NCBI RefSeq assembly: GCF_009914755.1 | Contig: NC_060928.1 | Source of the DNA: the human T2T-CHM13v2.0 reference genome, Homo sapiens | Strand: one strand, 5' to 3' | DNA length: 64,000 bases | Shown here: in pieces, positions 1 through 19,599 of the stretch | How the letters are laid out: every line of letters starts with the position of its first letter | How positions within the stretch are numbered: position 1 is the stretch's first letter | Position numbers and translations under genes: made by a program | The notes under the pieces: generated by a model | Told to the model about the DNA's origin: nothing | Seen by the model: only the letters and a program-made list of their open reading frames with translations | Databases searched by the model: none

Positions 1-447
1 TTCTTGCTCCATGCCTCAGGACAATGTGCAAATTTCCTTAGGCGGACCTGCTAAATTATTGAATAGACCCAGGCAAATGATATACCAAATATTTGATTAG
101 TACCAAGAAAAGCATTTGAACACACAGCAATATTTTCTAAAAATAGATAAATTCTAGAAGCTCCAGGGCTAAAAAAACAAAAGGATAGTGTGAATTTCTT
201 ACATTTAAAATGTAGGCATTAGCATTGTATTTGCCAAAATGTGGTTGTCTATTTTCATGTGTGAAAAATAACGACCAGGCACAGTGGCTCACACCTGTAA
301 TCCCAGCACTTTGGGAGGCCGAGGCAGGCGGATCACAAGGTCAGGAGATCGAGACCATCCTGGCTAACATGGTGAAACCCCGTCTCCACTAAAACTACAA
401 AAAATTAGCCGAGTGTGGTGGTGGGCACCTGTAATTCCAGCTATTCA

Positions 448-654
<207 letters not shown>

Positions 655-1334
655 CTATATCTAGCAGTCAAGAAATTTAAGATCTACTTTTGTTTTTCAG
701 TCTGAAGCAAAGTTAGCAAGTGTTGAAAGCTGTTAATTTTAGAGATGATGGAAAAATGATGAAAAAGAAAATGAGAATGCCCTGTTTTCCTATGACTTCA
801 AAGAATCCTATAGACATAACTCCATTCATCTAAGAGAATAACTCTACTAATTATGTTATACATATTATATATAATTATATTGTTATATATAATAAACTAA
901 TGTCTTAGTTGCTTGTTTTATAGAAAGAGAGTTCAGGCCTTGGGAAAAGAATTGAGCAAAAGTGGAAAAACCAGAAAGAAACTTTTATATCTTCTAACTC
1001 TTTGGCTTAGATAATAGCTTCTTTGTAACTTGAGACACATTTTCCTCCTGTTCTAACTGGTTCAGTGGATTGTGAGCTCCTAGAGAGTGGGAATGTATCT
1101 TTTTTTTTTCTCCCCCTAGTTTCCATGTCACTCTTGGAAACTCTCAGCTCACTTTCCAATCTTTTTCCAGTAAGCTTCTCTTCTATTAGATACTTCTTAA
1201 GTCTTGCAGTTATTGGTCCCTCCTTGGCCCACTTCCTTCCTTTTTTTAAATTGAGACTGAGTCTCACTATGTTGCCCAGGGTGGTCTCTAACCCCTAGGC
1301 TCAAGCAATCCTCCTGCATCGGTCTCTCCAGTAG

Positions 1335-1568
<234 letters not shown>

Positions 1569-2055
1569 TAGGCTAGTCTCGAACTCCTGACCTCAGGTTA
1601 TCCACCCATCTTGGCCTCCCAAAGTGCTGGGATTACAGGAGAGAGCCACATGCCCAGCCTAAATTTTAGCTCATATAGCGGAGGTGTTAGCGCATCTCAA
1701 TGAGACTATCGGACACTTTCGGTTTTGGTATCTGCTGCCACCTCCCGCTAGCTACTCCTATCAGAGTAGTAGTGATGATGGTCCGTGTTCACTGCCCTCA
1801 GCATAGGGTTGGTAGAGAAAAAATGCAGGCAAGAAAGGATAGTTTACTTAGTTTTTCTATTTAAAAGTAGACTGTGAGGCTGGGCGCAGCGCGGTGGCTT
1901 ATGCCTGTAATCCCAGCACTTTGGGAAGCCAAGGCAGGCGGATCACCTGAGGTCAGGGGTTAAAGACCAGCCTGGCCAACATGGCGAAACCCAGTCTGTA
2001 CTAAAAATACAAAAAAATAGCCGGGCATGGTGGCAGGAGCCTGCAATTCCAGCTA

Positions 2056-2235
<180 letters not shown>

Positions 2236-2402
2236 TTAGTCTAAAAATCCTTTCTTTCAAGCATAAGAATCTGGCTTTTGAACATCAGAAGCTAAAATCC
2301 CAAAGAATTTAGAGCAGTAAAGTATTTCTATAATCAATGAGTTTGGAAGAAGACATGCTCATGTAAGAGTTTGCCCCACTCTAGGTAGGGCATGGTGGCT
2401 CA

Positions 2403-2605
<203 letters not shown>

Positions 2606-3381
2606 CTAGAGGATATAAAGATCCCCTGACAGGGTGGAGGAACAGAAATAATTCCAATAAGTATCCTATCTTGCACCATTCCAAGTCTACAGAGGAGCAA
2701 GGGGAAATAAAAGACATTCCAGATTGTCTGGGGTCTCCAAAGTGGAGGGAATCTGTTGCTAAACATCAGTCTCCACCAGGCACGTGGCTCATACATGCAA
2801 TCCCAGTGTTTTGGGAGGCCGAGGTGGGAGGATTGCTTGAAGTTAGGAGTTTGAGACCAGCCTGGGCAACATAGTAGGATCCCATCCCTACAAAAAATAA
2901 AACAATTAGCCAGACCAGGTGGCACGTGCCTGTAGTCTCAGCTAATCTCAGGAGGCTGAGAAAGGAGGATGGCTTGAGCCCAGAAGGTGGAAGCTGCAGT
3001 AAGACATAATCTGCCACTGCACTCTAGCCTGGGCAATAGAACAAGACCCTGTCCCAAAAAGATAAAATAAAACAAAAGTCAGTCTCATATAGGCTTCTTG
3101 CATCCAGCATGGGCTGGGCATAGGTCATAAATGTTGAAGCCAAGAGCACATGAAACTGCCCCACTACCCTACCTATATCCTTCTAATCAGGTGAACAAGC
3201 AGCCAAATATTTCCCATTCCCTGGGAGATGTGTGAAGGCAACTGAGAGAGCAGATGACTTAGGATTAGGAAGAAGGAACATGGCAACAGATAATCCCCTG
3301 GACATTCTGACCAGAGATCTGATGAGAAAATAAACATCTCAAGAGATTCCAGTGAGAAAGACGAAGAACAACCAAAGGTCA

Positions 3382-3489
<108 letters not shown>

Positions 3490-4629
3490 CTAGATAACAT
3501 ATCAAGACCCCTATCTCTAATTTTAAAATCAACATTTATTAAAATAAATAAATATATAAGAATGTGGCCATTGAGCTCTTGACACCACCTAGTCTCTCCC
3601 CGACCGCACCAGGATGCATCAACATAGCACTCAGAATTGAGATGCAACCCTGCGGTGAAGAGGAGAGAGGCAAGAGTTTGATTGGCTGAGAAAGCCCTAT
3701 TGGCTAAAGATTACATTTCTGCCACTAGGCAGAATGGGGACTCAAGCTGAAAGTCAAGTTTATTAAGCTAGGCACAGTGGTGTGCACATTTAATCCCAAC
3801 TACTTGCGGAGGCTGAGGTGGGAGGATTGCTGGAGCCCAGGGGTTAGACATTAGCCTGAGTAACACAGTGAGATCCCATCTCAAAAAATAATAGTAAGAA
3901 TAATCAAGTTCACTTAGAACAAAAATTAGAAAAGCTTTGTTTCTTGCATACCCAAGTATGTGTATTGAAATTTGTTCAAGATACACTAGTTTTTATCTGT
4001 TCACATGACTGTCTACCCACTGGGCTATAAACTCATCAATGGTAGGGACTGTGTCTTTTCATCTCTGAATCCCCAGCACATATCATAAAGACTGAAACAG
4101 AGGCTAAATGTATGTTCAGTGGATTCAGCCACTTGATGCCCATGCAAGCATGACATATCCAATGTTGCCAAACACCCTGGGTGGGTAAGCTAATCCATGA
4201 GCCCAATCTATTTAGCCAGAGCTCCATATGCATTTTGGACAGAGAAGAGGAGATAGTGGGGGCGGTGGGGAGGCAGCCCGTGGGAAATCCCAGGAGATGC
4301 CTTTGTGTAATCATCACTAGAAATTATAAGCTTATAAAACCACGGAGAATTTTTTCAGGGCTGGAAGAATCTCTGTAGGATCTAACCCAAAACAAAGTCA
4401 GGCATTTTTGCTCCAAAGCCTGTAGACAGGGCTGGTTTTAGAGCAGGTGGATTTTACCTTTGCCTCCAAGTGTGATTTTAAAGGCCCAAGCAGCTCCCTG
4501 CAAATCTTCCCCATCTGCTGTTGCAGGGTCCTACCTGGTATTCCACTTTAAATACTCCTTCCATTTCTTTAACCTGAAATCTTATTCTTTGCTAAAATGG
4601 AGACCGATTTGAGAAAAGAAATATTTTGA

Positions 4630-4842
<213 letters not shown>

Positions 4843-4893
4843 TAATTTTTGTATTTTTAGTAGAGACGGAGTTTCACCATGCTGGCGAGGCTA

Positions 4894-5283
<390 letters not shown>

Positions 5284-6140
5284 AAGCGGAGGAATTTTTA
5301 AAACAAGAGATAGGTTGGATGGAGAGGTGGAGAGTAACAGGTACATGGAAGTTGGGAAGGAGGCTCCCTGAGTGGAGAAAAGACAGAACAGAGAATCCCA
5401 GGGTGCAGATCCTTTGTAGGCTTTGCAGTTCTGCATAGGGCCTCCTATACCTATGCAAGAACAGGATGTGGATCTGGATCTGGGTGGACTGGAGAAAGAA
5501 AATAGAGGTGCTCCCCATCCCCCACTGCCTCACATTAGTCATTGGCGCCTTGAGAATTGTCCTGGCCTGCTTAGGAGCTGTTTTCTGTCTTGGATGAATT
5601 GGTGCTTTTCTAAGAAGAAAGAGAGCTGTGATGGACTGCAGCAGAAGTAAACCCTGGGGCATGCACCAACTCACCAAATTGATTCCTGGGCTTGGGATAC
5701 AGAGAACTTTGTAATTATGAGACTATAATGCTTGTAAATTGGCTTGAGGAAATTAGACACACAAACCCGATTGCCAGGAGCAATGAAATAAGATTTGTTG
5801 GAGCCAAATGGATTTTGTGGATGCAAGCTTCTTGGAGGCTTGGGTTTTCTGTTGAGAAGACATCACTGAGCTAAATCTAACGACGGCAGGAGGTAGCTCT
5901 CACTTTCCAAAGCAAAGAAACTGGTAGTGCTGGCGAAGATACGACAGGCACAGTCTGAAGGTCTGTCTTGAGAATTTTCTGGAAAGATTGACTGCCAAGC
6001 AGCCCATGCTTCTCCTCATTTAACTGGGTCTTCTCAAGCAGGATGAAAAAGATCTAAGTTCATCTCTGCTGTGCTTCCGTTCAGGTGACTGATTAACTCA
6101 CGGACACACTGGTATGGCTTAGAAACAAATACGTAGCCAT

Positions 6141-6489
6141 TGTCTTAGTCCGTTAAAGCTGTCGCAACAAAATCCCATAAATTGAGATAAACAACAGAAG
6201 TTTATTTTTCACGGTTTTGGAGGCTGGGAAGTCCAAGATTAAGGCATCAGCAGATTTGATATGTGGTGAGGGCCTGCCCTCTAGTCCATAACTGGTGATA
6301 GCTGGCTACCTTCTTACTGTGTCCTCACAGGGTGAAAAGGCCAGCTAGCTCTCTGGAATCTCATTTGTGAGGGCTCTGTCCTCTTGTTCTAATCACCTGC
6401 CAAATGCCCCACCTCCTACTACCATCACCTTCGGGGTCAGAATTTCAACTTATGAATTTTGGAGGGACACAAACATTCAGACCACAGCA
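6141..6489 (-). mobile_element. MLT1A-like MaLR solo LTR
   Basis: tgtcttagtcc...ggaggctgggaagtccaagat...gaattttggagggacacaaacattcagaccacagca. Confidence 0.75.
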
Positions 6490-7315
6490 ATCACTGATTG
6501 TACCTTAGGTGTATTTGGACACTTAGCACCTCCAAATGGAATGGAGTCAGGAAGACGTAAGTGATATAACTTCTTTTTTTTTTTTTTTTTTTTTTTTTTG
6601 AGACAGAATCTTGCTCTGTCGCCCAGGCTGGAGTGCAGTGGCCCAATCTCAGTTCACTGCAGCCTCTGCCTGCCAGGTTCAAGCGATTCTTGTACCTCAG
6701 TCACCTGAGTAGCGGGGATTGGAGGCATGCACCACCATGCCTGGCTAATTTTTGTATTTTTAGTAGAGATGGGGTCTCACCATGTTGGATAGGCTGCTCT
6801 TGAGCTCCTGACATCAGGTGATCCACCCATCTCAACCTCCCAAAGTGTTGGGATTACAGGAGTGAGCCACTGTGCCCGGCCAAGTGATGTAACTTCTACT
6901 TCTGCTTTTCTCTTTGATCTTTACCCTCCCTGCCAATGGCTCTGCCAACTTCCTAGCCTCTCAGCTGGCATGGTGAAGTGAGCTCTGTGCTAAGTGCCAA
7001 GGATATTCTTGTTGATTCTACATCAGGGAAAATAATCTCCAGCACATCTCAATATAGATTAGCAGGACTTTAGTGCTAGAGCTTGAAAAGCAATGGGTAA
7101 ATAATAATAATAATAATATGTCCCCGGGTTCCCCTTACAGTTTTCACAGAGGATGAAACTGGACTGCCGTGAAATGTCCCTTCACTACACTGAAGACACA
7201 ACTGCAGATACAAGAATAAATCACCAGGGGCGGTGGCTCACGCCTGTAATCCCAGCATTTTGGGAGGCCAAGGCGGGCGGATCACGAGGTTAGGCGATTG
7301 AGACCATCCTGGCTA

Positions 7316-7588
<273 letters not shown>

Positions 7589-8305
7589 TTAGAATCAAGA
7601 TAACTAAAAAAAATCGGCAATTCACCTAGAATTACAATCTTTAAATGTGTCATGTCAGTATTTATGCATATGTGCATGTTTAACAAGTGAGGGTTTTTCT
7701 TGGGTTTTTGCTGTTGTTGTTGTTGTTTAGTGCCTTGAAATGTGTTTAGCTGTTTCCTACTTCTCTTGAGATTAAGTGGTGACTTTTACAAAGTAGTCAC
7801 CACAATTGTCCTTATTATCTTTACATTTGCATTTAATTTATAAACATTTTTCATTTGAACTACATGCTGGAAATATCCTTCAAGTGAAATAAGGCAAATT
7901 TCCCTGGTAAGGAAGGTAGAAAGGAAAGGCAATGAGAGGGTTAAGCCCCACATCCCCACTCTCACTTGCAGTTCACGTTCACAAGTTGTGCATCCCATGC
8001 CTGCCACTTCCCTGCTCCTCTCTTGCTTCTAAAATTACCCCAAGATCATCTGGCTGAGTTTCCTCCAGGATGAAAGCACATTTGTGGCGAAGGAACATTC
8101 CCGGTGGTCACTCCTTATGGTTTCTGCTCCTGAGGAAGTGGACACAGATGGGATGGAGCCGAGCCAGCCCCCTTTCTCCTGCCCCACTGTTTCCTTGCCT
8201 CTGCTCTTCCTTGGTGACCCCCGGAGACCAGGAAATCTCTGACAGTCCCTTCCTCATTCCTACAGGTGACAGAGACAGCTAGATATCTACCCACCGCCGT
8301 TTCCC

Positions 8306-8979
8306 TGCTACAGACTGAATGTCTGTCTTCCCCAAATTCATATATTGAAATCCTAACCCTCAATGTGATGGCATTTGGAGATTGGGCCTTTTGGGGGTGA
8401 TTAGGATTATTTGAGGTCATGAGGGTGGAGCCCTTGTGATGGGATCAATACCCTTATAAAAAGAGGAGGAGAGGGCCGGGTGCAGTGGCTCACGCCTGTA
8501 ATCCCAGCACTTTGGGAGGCAAAAGCGGGTGACACACGAGGTCAGGAGTTCGAGACCAGCCTGGCCAATATGGTGAAACACCATCTCTACTAAAAATACA
8601 AAAATTGGCCAGGCATGGTGGCAGGCACCTATAGTCCCAGCTACTTGGGAGGCTCAGGCAGAAGAATCGCTTGAACCCAGGAGGCAGAGGTTACAGTGAG
8701 CCGAGATCACGCCACTGCCCTCCAGCCTGGGTGACAGAGCGAGACTCCGTTTCAAAAAAAAAAAAAAGAAGAGGAGACAGGGAATCCTCCTCTCTGCTCA
8801 CCAACATTTGAGGATACAAGACAGCCATCTACAAACCAAGAAGTGGGCCCTCATCAGACACCAGATCTGCTAGCACCTTGATCTGAGACTTCCTAGCCTC
8901 CGGAGCTGTGAGATGTAAATTTCCATTGTTTAAACCATTCAGTCTGTGTTATTCTATTATAGTAGCCCAAACTAAGACT
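8306..8979 (+). mobile_element. MLT1A-like MaLR solo LTR interrupted by an Alu (about 8474-8770)
   Basis: ccaaattcatatattgaaatcctaaccctcaatgtgatggcatttggag...gcaccttgatct..gacttcctagcctcc..gtagcccaaactaagac. Confidence 0.78.
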
Positions 8980-9436
8980 TCTCCTTTCTTCCTTGCCAAT
9001 GAAACCTTTACTTTATTGCAAATGTCAATATGACCAGTTTAAGAAAATTACTTTTCCCAGTCTTCCAAGCGAATAGGCATGAGTAAGTGGCAAAATTTTG
9101 GCTGGCAAGATGGGAACAGAAATTGTTGAATAGGACATCTGTAAAGCTTCTTAAAAGGGGGAAATGGCTCATTTGTGGGCCCCTTAATATTTTTCCCTTC
9201 TTCTTTCTTACTTATGCATACTAAGCACAAACACGGCACCACTACATATATTACAAGGATATGTGTATATTCAAGAGCACATCTCAGTCACACCAGAGCG
9301 GGATGCCCGCAGAAGGCAGGCAATGGGAATAAGTGGCTGGTATGAATGGGAAAAGCAATTTTTTGGTGGGGGTTGTGGATTTCATGTCCAAAAAGTTGCT
9401 CATCTTTTAAAAACACGCACACACACACACACACAC

Positions 9437-10570
<1,134 letters not shown>

Positions 10571-11347
10571 TTAATTTAGCTGAGCTTGGTGGTGCGTGCC
10601 TGTAGTCCTGCACATAGTGATACACTCCTGTAGTCCCAGCTTCTCAGGAGGCTGAGAAGGGAGGATCACTTTATCCCAGGAGTTCGAAGCAGCAGTGAGC
10701 CCTGATGGTGCCGCTGTATTCCTGCCTAAGTGACAGGGCGAGACCTTGTTTCAAAAAAGCAAACAAACAAAAAACAGTAAAAAGGGCTCTGTACAGACTG
10801 TTGATAAAAATGTTTTCTGAAATAGGTGTTATGGGTGTTTTTATTTAACTCAGCTCTCTGCACCTTATGTCCTGGAAGGGAGGGGGAACGGGGAGAGGAG
10901 AGATGAATAATCAGAGCCAGAAGCTATGGTCAATAATCATATGAAATCCTGCGGTGGTGCAGCAGCCTCTGCTCTGTGGGTGACTAAGAGGCGAACTCTC
11001 CACTTCCAGTACTATTCCTTGAAGATGTGAGCAGCTGTCCTGCAGGAAAGACGTGGGCTGCTGGCCAGCCCTTCTATCTCAGATCCAAACATGCATTCCC
11101 TTTCCAGATCCTCTGTCCTAGGCGGTGGGCGGGGGCAGCCGGGGGAGGGCGGGCGCCTAGCTTCAGATCCTTGATCCATCTTATCTTTGCACAGCTGTCC
11201 CTTTTAGGACTCAATAGACTTAACTTCCTGTTTAGGTTCTCTTTTCCATCAGGAGAGACTGCTGGCTGTCTTCTTCCTCTAAGCAGAGGTGCATAAAATT
11301 AAATGTTACCTAAAGTCTCTGTGTTGTGGGAGAAGTTAAAGGAGCAG

Positions 11348-11640
11348 TGTGGTAGGCTGTCACACAGGTGACCCCTGCTGAGCCATGCCTCCTTGTATAC
11401 TCCCCTGCCCTTGAATTACAGGCCAGGGGACCTGGCCCTATGACCTGCTTTAATCAGTAGAAGCCGGCAGAAGGGGTGCTGTTTGGAGCCTGGGACTTAA
11501 GGCCTGGAAGCTTCCGCTTTGGCTATCTGAGGGAAGCCAGCTGCCCTGTAGGAAGACGACTGCCCTAAGCCCAGCGTGCTGTGAAATAGCCCTCATTAAG
11601 TTTTACAGTGGTTTGTTATGAACACTAGATAACGAAAACA
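11348..11640 (+). mobile_element. Old MLT1-type LTR fragment
   Basis: tgtggtaggctg start and ggtttgttatg..actagataac end typical of MLT1; heavily diverged. Confidence 0.5.
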
Positions 11641-12766
11641 AAGAGCCACCCCACTGCGTTATATTTAGGGCCTGTATTTCCACCTTAGGGGAACAGCAGC
11701 TTAGGGGAGAAGGTAGTGTTTCTTCTCACAGGGAAAGAGAGTGGTTGTTTAACAGACGTCTTCCATGCATAAGAGGATGCATAACACTGCAAAGCATCAT
11801 CAAATGCTGACTTCCCCTCACTGCATTTCTTTCCTCTGGCTCCTTTTCTCCCTCCACCCACCCACCCACAGCGTTTTTTTTAGACAGGGTCTCACTCTGG
11901 TTGCCCAGGCTGGAGTGCAATGGCGTGATCTCAGCTCACTGCAGCCTCAGCCTCCTGGGCTCGGTGATTCTCCCAACTGAGCCTTCTGAGTAACTGGGAA
12001 TACAGGTGCACTCTATCAAGCCCGGCTAATTTTTTTGTATTTTTAGTAGAGAAAGGATTTCGTCATGTTGCTCAGGCTAGTCTCAAACTCCTGGACTCCA
12101 GCAGTCTGCCCACGATCAGCCTCCCCAAGTGCTGGGATTATAGGTATGAGCTACCATGCCCGACCTCCTCCCCCTTTTAATGAGCTGATCCCCCCGCACC
12201 CCGGATTTGCCTTCTGCTTCTTCCCACTCCTGTCATTTTGCCTGTGCTGTGCCATCCACCTGCAACACTCCTCCTTTATCAAAATCACTCCAGTTTTTCT
12301 GAACCATTGTAAGGTATAACTTTTTTTTTTTTTTTTTTTTTTTTCAGACAGGGTCTCACTGTGTTGCACAGCCTGGTCTTGAATTTCTGGGCTCAAGTGA
12401 TCTTCCTGCCTGTGCCTCCCAAAGTGCTGGGGTTGCAGATATGAGCCACCGCATCTGGCCTAAGTATAACTGTTTTAATAGTTTTCCATGAATACCTCAG
12501 CCCCAGCAAAAGCTGTTCCTTTCCTCTGAAATCCATCCCCAAAGCAATTCTAAGTGGAAAATTGATTTGGCCATTAGTCAATTTGTAACATCATTTCTCT
12601 TATTGTCTTGAACTAATAAGCAAATGTACCTTGATTTAACTTTACAGTAGTTTGTTTCTTGTTCACTGAATCAGATCGTAGTTCATTAAGAACAAGAATA
12701 TTGGGCCAGATGCAGTGGCTCACGCCTGTAACCGCAACACTTTGGGAGGCCAAAGTGGGCGGATCA

Positions 12767-13063
<297 letters not shown>

Positions 13064-13088
13064 TTAGGAGGCAGAGGTGGGGGGATCA

Positions 13089-13337
<249 letters not shown>

Positions 13338-13521
13338 TCATCCACTCATTAGAAAGTTAGTAAATATCTATTGATTTCAACTGTATTTACCAGTTCTATC
13401 GAGAACAGGCAGCCAAATAGTTTTATTTTTAAAGCTCTCATATCCTATCAAAATGATTGCAACAATTTTAAACTTTTGCCTAAGACTAGGGGATTTCTGG
13501 GAATGAGAAACTTCAGTTTTA

Positions 13522-13746
<225 letters not shown>

Positions 13747-14200
13747 CTACCCTACTTATAAGTTTATTGCCCCATCTAATTCACATGGTACCCCACCCAG
13801 TGTTTCAAACAGCAGAACAGTTGCCCAATCCTATTTTCACATAAACCATTCTCGTAAGTTCTATTAGTTCAAACAGGTGGTCTCCTAAACAAGTTTCACT
13901 GTCATTTAAATTTGATAGGCTTTTGAAAATCATTTGTGATAATTATACATTACCATAATGGAGGTTGTTTTCATAGTAGAAGCTATAAAAAGGAAGGATA
14001 AAAACTTGCTGGATTTTCTCCAGTTTGGGTGTTGGAGGGAAGGTGTATGTGGCAAGCACATGTCATTCAGCCCCAGATGGTCTTAGTATATTCCATCCTG
14101 CTGCAGAGGAAGTTCAGGGCTTCACTAAGACCTTAGTTAGACCTTTTGCTACATTGTATTGAAACATTTACCTGTCACTCTTTACCTCCCAGTACTGTGA

Positions 14201-14473
<273 letters not shown>

Positions 14474-14737
14474 TGAGCCACCCCGCCCGGCCTACTGTGA
14501 GCTTCTTAAAGCCAAGGGCTGGTATATTTATATGACAACATTTATAAAACACATTCAGTGTGCCAGATAATGTTCTTTGCTTTTTACAAATTTTGTGTGT
14601 GTGTTTTTTTAAGAAACATGTTGTAATAACATGTTCTCAAAGTTTGCTTCCAAAGATGTTTCTCTGCCAAACTCTTATATTCACTAACTGAAAACAGCTT
14701 TTGATGCATCTTTAAGAAATCATGCTTACATTTGCCT

Positions 14738-16690
<1,953 letters not shown>

Positions 16691-16734
16691 CTTTCTTACA
16701 AATGTTGACTCATTTAATTCTCATATGACCTTTA

Positions 16735-16865
16735 TCAGAAAGGTGCAATTATTATTCCCATTTTACAGATGAGGAAACTGAGGCACAACTTGACAGTGGT
16801 TAACCAACTGTCAAGCTAGTAAATGGTAGAGTTGGAATTTGAATTCAGGCAATTTGGCTCCAGAA
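16735..16865 (-). mobile_element. MIR fragment
   Basis: attattccccattttacagatgaggaaactgaggcac core. Confidence 0.8.
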
Positions 16866-17092
16866 TGTGTTTTTTTTCTTCTTCTTCTTTTCAATGTTTA
16901 AAAATTTTCAATAGAGGGCCGGGTGCAGTGGCTTAGACCTGTAATCCTAGCACTTTGGGAGGCTAAGCTGGGCAGATTACCAGAGGTCGGGAGTTCAGGA
17001 TGAGTCTGGCCAACACGGTGAAACCCTGTCTCTACTAAAATACAAAAAAAATAATTAGCCAGGCATGATGGCGGTGCCTGTAATCCCAGCTA

Positions 17093-17233
<141 letters not shown>

Positions 17234-17610
17234 TCACTATGTTGCCCAGGCTTGTCTCGAACTCCTGGCCTCCAGTGGTCCTCCCCACACAGCCTCCCAA
17301 AATGTTGATATTACAGGCATGAGACACCAAGCCCGACCCCCAGAATGTGTTTTAATCACTACATAATCCTGCCTAGTCCTTATTTATTGTACCACAGCAC
17401 CTAGCTCCATCTCTGGCATGAAGTAGATGTTCAACAGAATATTTATTAAAGAATAAACAAGTGGCTGGGCATGGTGGCTAATGCCTGTAATCTCAGCACT
17501 TTGGGAGGCCAAGGCGGGTGGATCACCTGAGGTTGGGAGTTCGAGACCAGCCTGACCAACATGGAGAAACCCCATCTCTACTAAAAATACAAAATTAGTC
17601 AGGCGTGTCA

Positions 17611-17742
<132 letters not shown>

Positions 17743-18044
17743 TCAAAAAAAAAAAAAAAAGAATAAACAAGTAAATGATTCCCTTTTGTACAACAATCAC
17801 ATTCCAGGATAGGATATTCTTGCGGAGTTCTAATTTAAAACATTCTGCCATGTTTTCAAAACATGTTAAATTAGGCATGAGATGATACATCTGGATTTAG
17901 GGATCAGAAACCGTGGCACAGTTTCCATAAGATTATTAATTCTATTTATTCTGATTCTATGTTCAACACATCATCTTCAAATTGATAATTCTTAGTCTGC
18001 CATCTTAATACCAGGAATGAGGTGCCCTGGGATAATGGTTGTCA

Positions 18045-18206
<162 letters not shown>

Positions 18207-18243
18207 TTATTTTTTATTTGAAAAGTATAGAACGTTTTGTTTT

Positions 18244-18538
18244 AGAGATGAGGTCTTGCTATATTGCCCAGGCTGGAGTGCAGTGGCTGTTCACAGGCAC
18301 AATCCCACTACTAATCAGCACAGGAGTTTTGACCTGCTCCATTTTCGACCTGGGCTAGTTCACCCCAGGTGAACCTGGTGGTCTCCTGCTCCCAGGAGGT
18401 CACCATATTGATGTCAAACTTAGTGTGGACGCCTGATCGACATAGCACAGTACAGCCCAGAACTCCTGGGCTCCAGTGATCCTCCTAGCTCAGCCTCCCG
18501 AGTAGCTGGGACTACAGGCATGCGCCACTGTGCCTGGC
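18244..18538 (-). pseudogene. 7SL (SRP) RNA retrocopy (RN7SL-type pseudogene)
   Basis: Alu-domain ends plus the S-domain absent from Alus (caggaggtcaccatattgatg..aacttagtg; ggagttttgacctgctcc); T-rich tail; direct repeat ctctagaaa at 18189-18197 and 18539-18547. Confidence 0.92.
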
Positions 18539-18704
18539 CTCTAGAAAAAATGGTGTGGCAGTGTGAGCCTATAGTTCCAGCTACATGGGAGGACAGCTTG
18601 AGCTCCGGAGTTCAAGGCTGCTGTGAGCTATGATTGTGCCACTGCCCTCCAGCCTGGGCAACAAAATGATACATTGTCTCAAAAAAAAAAAAAAAAAAGA
18701 GAGA

Positions 18705-18930
18705 GAGAGGAAGAAGAGGAAATTTGGACACAGAGAGGTACAGAGGGAAGACCATGTGCAGACTCAGGGAGAAGATGGCCATCTTCAGAGCCAAGACAGG
18801 CCTTAGAAGAAACCAGCCCCGGAACACTTTGATCTTGGATGTCTAGACTCCAGAACTGTGAGAAAATTAATTTCTGTTGTTTAAGCCATCCAGTCCGTGG
18901 TACTTTGTTACAACAGCCCTAGCAAACTAC
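18705..18930 (+). mobile_element. MLT1B/C-like LTR 3' part
   Basis: ggagaagatggccatct..actttgatcttgga..ctccagaactgtgagaaaattaatttctgttgtttaagcc..gccctagcaaacta. Confidence 0.75.
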
Positions 18931-19058
18931 CCCAAGGCCCTAGCCAGGAATGTACCTTGTTAGGATACTATTTTATGGTAGGGGCTGCTTATCTTGTATT
19001 ATAATCTGGTCTACAGAATCTTTCAGCTAAGGATTCCATGGTCCAGAAAACTTTCTAT

Positions 19059-19235
19059 GCTAGTGGTTCTTATGTATTCCCTGACCAGCAGCATCAGCAG
19101 CTCCAAGGAACTCATTAAAAATACAAATTTTCAAGCCCATTCTATAACTATGAAATCAGAAACTGGGAGTGGAGCTTAGCAATGTGTGTGCCCTCCAGAT
19201 GATTCGGCTGCAAGCTAGAGTTCAAAAGTCACTGA
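19059..19235. mobile_element. MER5A-like hAT transposon
   Basis: agtggttct..gaccagcagcatcagc..aaatcagaaact..ccctccagatgatt. Confidence 0.65.
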
Positions 19236-19317
19236 TCGGCTGGGAGAGGTGGCTCATGCCTGTAATCCCAGCACTTTGGGAGGCCGAGGCAGGCAGATCA
19301 CTTGAGGTCAGGAGTTA

Positions 19318-19599
<282 letters not shown>

